From NCBI GenBank assembly GCA_965652295.1, contig CBFGTS010000008.1:32001-96000 (forward strand): 64,000 bases of DNA. The letters run 5' to 3'. The notes under the pieces were generated by a model. The model saw only the letters and a list, made by a program, of their open reading frames with translations. It did not search any database and was not told where the DNA came from. The stretch's first letter is position 1. Every line of letters begins with the position of its first letter. Below, in pieces: positions 16,526-24,729 of the stretch. Both the position numbers and the translations under genes were made by a program. This stretch comes from an uncultured Haloferula sp. GTDB taxonomy: Bacteria; Verrucomicrobiota; Verrucomicrobiia; Verrucomicrobiales; Akkermansiaceae.

Positions 16526-18892
16526 ATGGTATCTCCAAGTCACGAGAGCTCACCCCACGACATCAGGCATACGGGGATTTCCACGCCGGCCATCGGTGGT
16601 CGGGGAGAAAACTTTCCATCTTCAAAGAGCGTGAATGGCACCACCCCAGAGCATGATCCTGAGAGGGAGAAGTCGGAGATGGAGGAGGCCATTTTCAACA
16701 CCGCCGTCCAGCTCCAGGACCCGGAGCAGAGGCGGTGTTTCCTGGAGCGTTCGTTTCACGGAGATCCGGAAGGCTTCACCCGGATGATGGAGTTACTCGA
16801 GCTTTCCGGCGAGTCGGCCGCGTTCTTCATCCAGTCCCGGAAGCACCGGGCGGTGCTTGCAAGCGAGGCCCTCAGCCTGATGGAGGCTGATGAAACACGG
16901 AGCGACCTACCGAGTGGCAGCTCGGAGGATTCATTCGATGAGAGGATCGGCTGCTATCGCATCATCCGGCGAATTGGTGCCGGCGGTGGCGGCGTGGTGT
17001 ACGAGGCGGAACAGCAGGATCCGGTGCAACGCCGGGTCGCGCTGAAGGTGATCCGACTGGGGATGGATACCGAGCGCGTGATCGCCCGCTTCGATACGGA
17101 ACGGCAGTCGCTTGCCTTGATGGATCACCCGAACATTGCCCGGGTGCTTGAGGCGGGGGCGACCAAGGGCGGGCGTCCCTATTTTGTCATGGAACTGGTG
17201 AAGGGCATGCGCATCACCGACTACTGTGACGCGGAACGCATGAGCGTTGCCAGCAGGCTCGCGCTTTTCATCCAGGTTTGTCACGCCATCCAGCATGCTC
17301 ACCAGAAAGGCATCATCCACCGGGACATCAAACCCTCGAACATCGTGGTCGCGGTGCATGACGGCGTCGCGGTGCCGAAGGTGATCGACTTCGGAATTGC
17401 GAAGGCGACGGAGCCGATCCTGGAGCAGGCTGTTTCGACGGTGGTGGACCAACCGCTGGGGACGCCGGCTTTCATGAGTCCTGAACAAGTGGACATGGGA
17501 GGCATCGACATCGACACCCGTTGTGACGTCTATGGACTGGGAGCACTTCTCTACGAGCTTCTTGCGGGACGTCCCCCATTTGACGGCGATATGTTGATGC
17601 AATCCGGGATGTCGGAAATGCGTCGTATCCTGCTGGAAAAGGATCCGGTGACTCCCTCGGCGCTGTTGGATTCGCTTGGACCGGAAGCATCCGAGATTGC
17701 CGGTCGGCGTCGTTGTGAGAAAAGCCGGCTGATGTCTTTGCTTCGGGGCGATCTGGACTGGATCGTGATGAAGGCGATGGAGAAGGATCGCAACCGTCGT
17801 TACCAGACCGCGAATGCTCTGGCGGCGGACGTCAAACGTTATCTTGATAATGAGCCGGTCGTTGCGAGGAAACCGGGAAGATTCTATCTGATCGGGAAAT
17901 TCGTCCGGCGCAATCGGGCCGCATGTTTCTCTGGCGCGGCGGTCGCGGTTTCGTTGGTCGTCGGGATGGGCGCGGCGACCGTGCTCTATCTCCGGGAAAG
18001 AGATGCCCTCGCGGAACAGGCACGACTTCGTGGAGTGGCGGAGACGGCGCGTGCCGAAGAGTCGCGTCTGCGCCAGCAAGCCCAGGCAAGGGCCAATGTG
18101 TCCCGGGTGGCGGTGCTGCTGAGTGAAGGACAGATCAGGGAAGCGGACGCCCTTTTGCAACAGAACCCGCTGTCTTCCATCGACCCTTCGCCGGAAGCGG
18201 CGGAGGTGTTCCGATCCCTGGGTGCTTGGAATGCCATTTACGGCCGCTGGGAGCAGGCCGTCCAGTGCTTCACTCTTCTCAGCCAAGCCAACCGGTTGGA
18301 TCGGCGGGGCGACATTGTCGAAGGGCTGGATTTGCTTCATTCGGCACCCACGCTGCTCGAGCACGGCGACGTCGCCGGGTATGAACGCTTTCGAAGAGAT
18401 GTGATGGATCGTTATCTTCCGGCGAAGAACTCTCTGGAGGCCGAGCATTTGCTGAAGGCGTGTCTGCTGCTTCCGGTGGATGCGGGAATCCTGGATCGTC
18501 TTGAGTCGACGGTCGAGATATGTCTTGCCGATATACCAAGTGCGAAGGGCTATCCGCTCCATCCGCAATGGCAGGCGTTTTCGACCACTCTGTATCATTT
18601 TCGACGCGGAGATACCCGGCAGGTTCAGGAGTGGGCGGAACGATGTGCTGAGTTTGAGGATGAATCCGGGACGAGGACAGCGTCCGTCCTCTGTCTCACC
18701 GCGATGAATCACCACCGCCTGGGGGACCATCGGCAGGCGTCGGAGGATTTCGCCGCGGCCCGGGACATGATTCCGATGTCGGCCAACCGGAAGAACCGGA
18801 CGGATCGTGAAATGCGGGGGACCTGGTTTTCCTGGGCGATCGCGCGGATTCTCCTCCGGGAAGCCGCACTCGTTATCGAAGCGAAACCGTAG
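16526..18892 (+). CDS. Hanks-type Ser/Thr protein kinase with TM segment and helical (TPR-like) C-terminus
   Basis: IGAGGGGVVY, VALKVI, HRDIKPSN, DFGIAK, GTPAFMSPEQ, DVYGLG. TM segment AAVAVSLVVGMGAATVLYL. N-terminal EEAIF..RRCFL segment typical of ECF-linked kinases. Start uncertain (16517/16526/16679). Confidence 0.95.
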   Translation: MVSPSHESSPHDIRHTGISTPAIGGRGENFPSSKSVNGTTPEHDPEREKSEMEEAIFNTAVQLQDPEQRRCFLERSFHGDPEGFTRMMELLELSGESAAFFIQSRKHRAVLASEALSLMEADETRSDLPSGSSEDSFDERIGCYRIIRRIGAGGGGVVYEAEQQDPVQRRVALKVIRLGMDTERVIARFDTERQSLALMDHPNIARVLEAGATKGGRPYFVMELVKGMRITDYCDAERMSVASRLALFIQVCHAIQHAHQKGIIHRDIKPSNIVVAVHDGVAVPKVIDFGIAKATEPILEQAVSTVVDQPLGTPAFMSPEQVDMGGIDIDTRCDVYGLGALLYELLAGRPPFDGDMLMQSGMSEMRRILLEKDPVTPSALLDSLGPEASEIAGRRRCEKSRLMSLLRGDLDWIVMKAMEKDRNRRYQTANALAADVKRYLDNEPVVARKPGRFYLIGKFVRRNRAACFSGAAVAVSLVVGMGAATVLYLRERDALAEQARLRGVAETARAEESRLRQQAQARANVSRVAVLLSEGQIREADALLQQNPLSSIDPSPEAAEVFRSLGAWNAIYGRWEQAVQCFTLLSQANRLDRRGDIVEGLDLLHSAPTLLEHGDVAGYERFRRDVMDRYLPAKNSLEAEHLLKACLLLPVDAGILDRLESTVEICLADIPSAKGYPLHPQWQAFSTTLYHFRRGDTRQVQEWAERCAEFEDESGTRTASVLCLTAMNHHRLGDHRQASEDFAAARDMIPMSANRKNRTDREMRGTWFSWAIARILLREAALVIEAKP

Positions 18893-18944
18893 GAACGAAG
18901 CAGTGGAGACCGAGCACCCATCGATCCAGTGAACTGATCCAACC

Positions 18945-20531
18945 ATGAAATTGCTTTCACGTAGGGAAACCCACCTTCCCAAGATGATCCTGCTCTTCTG
19001 CCTCGTGGCGAGCGGGTTGCGAGCAGGGGAATCTCCTCTCGACCTTCGCTTTATCAAGCAGGCGAGCCAGCGCATGATTTTCAACGACGATCAGGCGCTG
19101 CCGCTTGGCGCGCTGGAGCCGGCTAAAATCGTGGGGTTGGAGCTGATGCACCCGGTCCGTCGGACGTCGGGCAGTGCGGAAGTGAGCGTCGCGCGGGGGC
19201 GGCTCATCGTTCAAGCACAGGAGGAATCCGACACCTCGGTCTGGTTTTCAGGATTCAATCCCTTCGCGACGTACAAAATCCGGATCGCGGGAGCAGGCGA
19301 TGGCAGCAGTGTGGGAGTGGAGTTCATGCATCCGGGCGGGGAGTTGTTGCGGGTGGAGGCGCTCTGCGGGAACCAAACGGTCCGCGGAGTGCGGTGGAGC
19401 TTGAGACGCCAGGATGAGGTGTTGATACAGAGAGAATCCGAGGGATTCCGGCCTCGGAAGCTGGATAGCCCGGCGACTCTGATCGTCCAGATGGCGGCGG
19501 TGGGCTTCAATGTGTGTCTTGAGCAGCATGACATGGTGGAGCTGGTCGGTCGCGCGGATGTCGTTCAGCACCTCGACCTGAGGCGCCATGAGGTGCATCG
19601 GGGGACTTCGACGTGGCTGCGGGTCGCTGGCGGAGAGGGTTCCCGAGCTGCGATCGAGGGAGCGGTGGGGGAGCTGAGTCCCGGCTTGGGACAAGCGGAT
19701 ATCCGTGCCATCACCGACGAGGAAGGGACGCCGCTGATGGATGGCGGACGCCTGTGGTTCACGGCCACGACTCGGGGTGGAGGTCTGCCCCATCCCGCCC
19801 AGGGAGTCTTCAGCTTGAATCCTGGAATCTGGGATCTCCGTTTCGAGGGAATGATCGCCTTCGACCGAGGCGATGGTCTGCTCCGCAACGAGCTTGCCTC
19901 ACATCTGTTTCTGCATCGCCCCAGCGGGGAATGGCGGGGTTGGACGACCGCCTTTTCCGCATTCGGGGATCCCGGGAAGAAGGAGCGGAAGGAGATCCTG
20001 GCCGTAAGCTCGACCAAGGATCCCCGGCGGGGGTTTTCAGTCATGAGATCCGCGCCCGCGGGATTGGTCGGCGATTTCGAGGATCCGCATGGCGTGTATG
20101 ATGCCGAAACAAAAACCTGGAGGCTTCTGCTGTGCCAGAACGTGGGCGGCTATAAGGCGGCGGTCTTTGAATCTCACCGCTGGGACGGCGGGTTCAGCCG
20201 GATTGCCGGACCGGTTGCGGCCGACAGCACTGGCACCACGATCCAGAAGGTCGGCGGCGTGCGCTACGCCTTCTTTGGTGGTTCGGATCGTCAATTTCAC
20301 GTTTGCAGCTTTCCGGAGCTCAAGCCGTTCGGGGCGTTGGAGCTCGATTTGCCGCCGTGGTCGGAGGACGGCAACGGCAGGGTGTGGCCCTGTCTCGTTC
20401 CGCTGCCGGAGGGAAGCCCGGCGCCCTACCTGCTACTGACGTTCGACCGCAGTAATTTCCCCGGCATGACCGGCCCCAACTGGACCTACGGAGCGCTCCA
20501 TGCCTACTACGGATTTCCCAAGAGCCGGTGA
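18945..20531 (+). CDS. Secreted hypothetical protein, C-terminal half possibly a beta-propeller glycoside hydrolase
   Basis: 528-aa ORF with signal-like MILLFCLVASGLRA. GDFEDPHGVYD..WRLLL resembles clan GH-J/F propeller blades; the family is not recognised. Confidence 0.55.
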   Translation: MKLLSRRETHLPKMILLFCLVASGLRAGESPLDLRFIKQASQRMIFNDDQALPLGALEPAKIVGLELMHPVRRTSGSAEVSVARGRLIVQAQEESDTSVWFSGFNPFATYKIRIAGAGDGSSVGVEFMHPGGELLRVEALCGNQTVRGVRWSLRRQDEVLIQRESEGFRPRKLDSPATLIVQMAAVGFNVCLEQHDMVELVGRADVVQHLDLRRHEVHRGTSTWLRVAGGEGSRAAIEGAVGELSPGLGQADIRAITDEEGTPLMDGGRLWFTATTRGGGLPHPAQGVFSLNPGIWDLRFEGMIAFDRGDGLLRNELASHLFLHRPSGEWRGWTTAFSAFGDPGKKERKEILAVSSTKDPRRGFSVMRSAPAGLVGDFEDPHGVYDAETKTWRLLLCQNVGGYKAAVFESHRWDGGFSRIAGPVAADSTGTTIQKVGGVRYAFFGGSDRQFHVCSFPELKPFGALELDLPPWSEDGNGRVWPCLVPLPEGSPAPYLLLTFDRSNFPGMTGPNWTYGALHAYYGFPKSR

Positions 20532-20892
20532 TCTGGGGTCCGACTCGAGTGATTGGATCAAAGGATATGAGGCTCGCTTGAAACGAGGTCCGCGCCTGCA
20601 CGGAGGATTCCGCGGATCCGGTCTGCGGGGGCGAAATACACGAGAGCTTCCTTGAGGATCATTCCTTCGCGGCCTCCACGCATTTGAGCCGGATGTGCGG
20701 CTGTAGAGCCCAAGCCAGATACGGCTTTGTTGCGGGGGAAAGGTGTCGAACCACGACGACGGGAGCGCGAAGGGATTGGGGGAGGTCCGACAGCAGGGAG
20801 CGCAAGGCATCTTCGCCGCCCCGGAGATGAAAGCAGGACTATGCCATGCCGAGCCCGTGGATTTTCCATCAGATCAGGCAGGGGTTCGGAGG

Positions 20893-21355
20893 TTAGAGTT
20901 CGGTTTGGAGGAACCAGCGGAGGGCGGGGACGACTTCGATGTTCGCGGGGGGGTGCTGGTGCCGGCCGGGAGGGCTTCGAGATGCAGCAGGAGGAGTTGC
21001 GCGTCCGGGTGAACGGCTTGCGCTTCGAGAAGGGAACGGGTTTCGCGTCCGAGGGTTTTGGGATCAGTGGCGTCGGCGCAGACTTGGACGAGCAGGGTCT
21101 GGCCGGTGGCGTCGATGGCGTGGAAATCGACTTCATTGCCCTGCGGGGTGCGGAGGTAGTGGAGCTCGCAGCCGCGGCGCTGGAGTTCGATGAGAACGGC
21201 GGCCTCCAAGGCGTGCTCAAGGTTGGCGCGACCAGACCGGGATGAGACCGGGATCGATGGGGTAGGCTTTGCGGGGATTGACCATGCGCTGGCGCTCCGA
21301 GGCGGAGAGCATGGAGGTGGTGCGGATGAGGAAGGCATCCTCGAAGTGGGCGACA
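20893..21355 (-). pseudogene. 5'-truncated, doubly frameshifted AAA+ ATPase/DUF4143 gene remnant
   Basis: Three frames join to give AHFEDAFLIRTTSMLSASERQRMVNPRKAYPIDPGLIPV / RSGRANLEHALEAAVLIELQRRGCELHYLRTPQGNEVDF...LVQVCAD... / PANIEVVPALRWFLQTEL*. Shifts lie at ~21236 and at the G7 tract 20947-20953. Confidence 0.75.
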
Positions 21356-21364
21356 TTCGGGATG

Positions 21365-21402
21365 CGAGTTGCTGAGCGAAGTCAGCTTCATTCTCGCAAC
21401 TC
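21365..21402 (-). terminator. Imperfect hairpin just 3' of tRNA-Phe
   Basis: cgagttgc..gag..gaag / cttc..ctc.gcaactcg inverted repeat. Confidence 0.4.
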
Positions 21403-21415
21403 GTTGGGACAAAGG

Positions 21416-21488
21416 TGGCTCGGGACGGGATCGAACCGCCGACACGCGGATTTTCAATCCGCTGCTCTACCAACTGAGCTACCGAGCC
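21416..21488 (-). tRNA. tRNA-Phe (GAA)
   Basis: Reverse complement GGCTCGGTAGCTCAGTTGGTAGAGCAGCGGATTGAAAATCCGCGTGTCGGCGGTTCGATCCCGTCCCGAGCCA: acceptor stem, D-loop, anticodon GAA, TTCGA T-loop. Confidence 0.97.
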
Positions 21489-21597
21489 TTGGTGCCCCCT
21501 GAAGGTGGGCGCGGATTTAGGGCCGCGACCTGGGGTTTGACAACCGAAAAAATCATTCTTCTTCGGGTTTCGTGTGCTCTAACAGAACCACCGTGGG

Positions 21598-22542
21598 TCA
21601 GGGCTGCGGCCAGAGGTAACGAAGGACCAGTTTGCCGACCTTTTCGAGCATCTCGGGTCGCACCTTTTCGAGAGTGTCGCCGGGTTGGTGCCAGTAATCC
21701 ATGGTCGTGAAGTCACCGATCAGATGAACGCAGGGAACTCCGGCGTACTGGAGGGGGAGGTGGTCGTCCACGATCTGACCCGGGGACGGGCGGACACCGG
21801 CAGGGAAGTCAAGATCCCCAGCAAGGGCCGGAATGGCGGCCTTGAAGGAGGCGGGAGCTTCCGGGTTGTAAAGGAGGGGGTGATCGGGATCTCCGACGAT
21901 ATCCAGGACGACGCCCAGGGCCGGCCGGGTGGGACGGCGCATGAGGTTGCGGGCGAAGTTCTTGGACCCGTAAAGCCCGTCGCTGGGGGTGATGTTCTCG
22001 CCCCAGGCCTCTTCGCCATCGAAGAAGACGAATTCCACCTTGGCGGCGGTGGCGGGGTCGGTGGAGAGCACGCGCGCCATCTCCAGCATGATGCCGGTCG
22101 AGGAGCCTCCATCGTTCGCGCCGACAAAGGGGAAGGGAAGGTGCTTTGAGTCGATGTGCCCGCCGATAAGGATGGGCGGGGAAGCGGGATAGGCCGGAGC
22201 CGAGCGATGACGGGCGATGACGTTGAGAAATGTGACGACGCCGCGGGGCGTTTCGGCCTGGAAGGGTTCCCGGCGGACGACCCACCCTTGATCGGAAAGA
22301 ACCTTGTCGAGGTAATCCACGGTTTTGGAATAGCCCGTGGAGCCCGGGGGGCGCGGCCCGAAAGCGACGATGTTCGATACGTGGCGATGGGCGTTTTCGC
22401 CGGAAAAGGCCTCGGCCAGCTCGGTCGCGACGGATTCCCGCTGAGGAGACGGGGCGGACGTGTCGGCGGACTCCGTCTTTTTGCAAGCGACCGAAGCCAG
22501 GGCGAGGATCGCGCCCGTGGTGGCGAAGAGGCGGAATGCCAT
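21598..22542 (-). CDS. M28-family lipoprotein, glutaminyl cyclase/peptidase-like
   Basis: Lipobox-like LALASVAC. Motifs GHIDSK, GANDGGSS, FFDGEEA, LYGS, LDIVG, DDHLP, WHQPGDT. Confidence 0.8.
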   Translation of the reverse strand: MAFRLFATTGAILALASVACKKTESADTSAPSPQRESVATELAEAFSGENAHRHVSNIVAFGPRPPGSTGYSKTVDYLDKVLSDQGWVVRREPFQAETPRGVVTFLNVIARHRSAPAYPASPPILIGGHIDSKHLPFPFVGANDGGSSTGIMLEMARVLSTDPATAAKVEFVFFDGEEAWGENITPSDGLYGSKNFARNLMRRPTRPALGVVLDIVGDPDHPLLYNPEAPASFKAAIPALAGDLDFPAGVRPSPGQIVDDHLPLQYAGVPCVHLIGDFTTMDYWHQPGDTLEKVRPEMLEKVGKLVLRYLWPQP

Positions 22543-22555
22543 GGGGCGGGGACGT

Positions 22556-23452
22556 TCAGACTTCGCCGACTCCGAGCAACTCGAGGATGCGCTGGAGGTC
22601 GTCGTTGCCATAGTATTCGAGCTCGATTCTGCCCTTCTTCGCGCCGTGCTGAACGGTGACGTGGGTGGCAAAATGGTCGCGGAGGCGGCTCTGGATCGCG
22701 CGCAGGTGCGAATCGGCTTCGGACTGGGCGGCGGTCGAGACGGGCTTGGAACCTTTCTTCGATTCGGCACCGCCGTTCGAGAGTTCCTGGGACAGCTTCT
22801 CCGCGGCGCGGACGGTCATCGATTTCCGCAGGATCTGGTCGCTGGCGAGGAGCTGGACGTCCTTGTCCTTGATTGCGAGGATGGCCTTGGCGTGGCCGAC
22901 GCTGAGGTGGCTCTGGGCGACGAGAACCTGGATGTCCGGATGGAGTTCCAGCAGGCGCATGGCGTTGGCGACGCTGGCGCGGGATTTGCCGACGCGGGTG
23001 CCGATCTCTTCCTGTTTCATCGAGAACTCCTTGGCGAGGCGGACGTAACCGGCGGCTTCTTCGATGGGGTTGAGATCCTCGCGCTGGAGGTTCTCGATGA
23101 GGGCCATTTCGAGCACGTCGCGATCGGACGCCTCGCGCTCGATGACGGGCACGGTTTTCAGGCCGAGCTTCTTGGAGGCACGCCAGCGGCGTTCGCCGGC
23201 GATGAGCTCGTATTTTCCGTCCACTTTGCGGACGATAAGCGGCTGGATGATGCCGTGCTGGCGGATGGATTCGACGAGTTCATCCAGCGGCGACTCGACG
23301 AAATGGGTCCGCGGTTGGAGCGGGCTTGGCACCACTTGGTCGATCGGCACCTCGCGGGCATGGCCGGCTCCGTCGCCCGCCTCTTGTGAGGGGGCATTGT
23401 CCTGTTTTCGGATGAGAGCGCCGAGTCCTTTGCCTAGTGCCTGTTTCGACAT
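22556..23452 (-). CDS. parB: ParB/Spo0J chromosome partitioning protein
   Basis: ALGKGLGALI, QPRTHF, SIRQHGIIQPLIVR, IAGERRWRA, ALIENLQREDLNPIEEA, GKSRASVANAMRLL. Confidence 0.95.
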   Translation of the reverse strand: MSKQALGKGLGALIRKQDNAPSQEAGDGAGHAREVPIDQVVPSPLQPRTHFVESPLDELVESIRQHGIIQPLIVRKVDGKYELIAGERRWRASKKLGLKTVPVIEREASDRDVLEMALIENLQREDLNPIEEAAGYVRLAKEFSMKQEEIGTRVGKSRASVANAMRLLELHPDIQVLVAQSHLSVGHAKAILAIKDKDVQLLASDQILRKSMTVRAAEKLSQELSNGGAESKKGSKPVSTAAQSEADSHLRAIQSRLRDHFATHVTVQHGAKKGRIELEYYGNDDLQRILELLGVGEV

Positions 23453-23570
23453 GGGGCGACGAAGCTGGCAAAGCTGGGGGTGGTAAGCCAAGCGGATTCG
23501 TGAAGGAAACGGGAATCGCTGGAATTCCGAGACGCTTGACCTCGCCGGAGGAGGAGGTCATCCGTCTGGC

Positions 23571-24158
23571 ATGAAAATTTGGATATGGAGCGCCTGGATC
23601 GGGGCGGTATTGAGCGGGGTCGGTTTTTCCCAAAACGCGGCCCCGGTGGAGGTGGTGAAATCGGCGGAAACGGCCGTGCAGGAACTCGGCGACAAGATCG
23701 TGCGCGGAGAGCATGAGGCGGCGGTGGAGAGCATGTATCCACAGTGGAAGGAGCGGATGGCCAATCGCAGTGGCGGGATGGAGAAATTGGAGCAAAGCCT
23801 GCGTGGCATCGGAGATCTGCTGGCCCGCAGCGGCATCAGCGTGATTTCCGTGAGAACCTACGGTGTGCCCAGTTCCCACGAGGTCTGGCCGGGAAAATCG
23901 GTCGACGGCTCCCCGGTTTACACCAAGTGGCTGGTGCTGGTGCCGACGGTGACCCGCATGCGGCTGCTGCAGGAGGGGAATCCGAAGCCGGTGTTGATCG
24001 ACAGTTACGGCTTTCAGGTCGCGATCTCCGACAAGCAGGAAGGCGGCTGGAAATTCATCAACGGCTCGGACGTCAGTGTGGCGGACCTGAGGTCGATGTT
24101 CACCTCCTTGCCGGGCAATCTGGAGCTGCCCGCGGTGAAGCGTGAGGAAGTCAAGTGA
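23571..24158 (+). CDS. Secreted hypothetical protein
   Basis: 195-aa ORF with signal peptide ending GFS-Q, preceded by a promoter-like motif. Confidence 0.7.
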   Translation: MKIWIWSAWIGAVLSGVGFSQNAAPVEVVKSAETAVQELGDKIVRGEHEAAVESMYPQWKERMANRSGGMEKLEQSLRGIGDLLARSGISVISVRTYGVPSSHEVWPGKSVDGSPVYTKWLVLVPTVTRMRLLQEGNPKPVLIDSYGFQVAISDKQEGGWKFINGSDVSVADLRSMFTSLPGNLELPAVKREEVK

Positions 24159-24165
24159 CCCGGAC

Positions 24166-24729
24166 ATGGCCCGCAACAAGAACTCCCGGATGGAGAAGGA
24201 AGCGAAGCTTCACCGCAAGCTGCTGAAACTGTGGCAACGCGGCCAGAGCGAGCTGTGCGAGGTGAGGGAGTCGGACATCCACGGGCGTGGCGTCTATGCC
24301 ACGCGGGATATCGCTCCGGAGACCGAGATCATCGAATACATCGGCGAACTCATCGACAAGGAGGAGAGCGAGCGGCGGGCGTGGGCGCAGGCCGAGCATG
24401 CGGAGCAGACCGGCGACGCCGCGGTTTATATTTTCACTCTGGACGACGACTGGGACATCGATGGCAACGTGCCTTGGAACACGGCGCGCCTGATCAACCA
24501 CTCCTGCGATCCCAACTGCGAAGCGTGGGTCGTGGAGGACAAGATCGTGATCTACTCACTGCGCGACATCCGCGAGGGCGAGGAGCTGACCTTTGACTAC
24601 GGCTTCGACATCGAGTGCTACGAGGATCACCCCTGCCGCTGCGGCCGGCCGGGCTGCGTCGGTTACATCGTGAGCCGCGAGCAATGGGACCAGCTCAGCG
24701 AGCGGCTGGCGGGAAAGAAGGCGGGCTGA
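24166..24729 (+). CDS. SET-domain protein lysine methyltransferase with post-SET
   Basis: IHGRGVYA, IIEYIGE, ARLINHSCDPNC, GEELTFDY, PCRCGRPGC. Confidence 0.92.
   Translation: MARNKNSRMEKEAKLHRKLLKLWQRGQSELCEVRESDIHGRGVYATRDIAPETEIIEYIGELIDKEESERRAWAQAEHAEQTGDAAVYIFTLDDDWDIDGNVPWNTARLINHSCDPNCEAWVVEDKIVIYSLRDIREGEELTFDYGFDIECYEDHPCRCGRPGCVGYIVSREQWDQLSERLAGKKAG

Noticed and set aside
18954..18970. ctttcacgtagggaaac as a possible parS site
   Set aside because: Not a proper palindrome; deviates from TGTTTCACGTGAAACA and lies within a CDS start.
20558..20730. Minus-strand segment ..REGMILKEALVYFAPADRIRGILRAGADLVSSEPHIL* as another gene remnant
   Set aside because: Looks protein-like, but no family is recognised and there is no clear start; cannot be supported.
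20874..21473. 199-aa ORF as an intact gene
   Set aside because: Starts inside tRNA-Phe; only its middle is the DUF4143 remnant frame.
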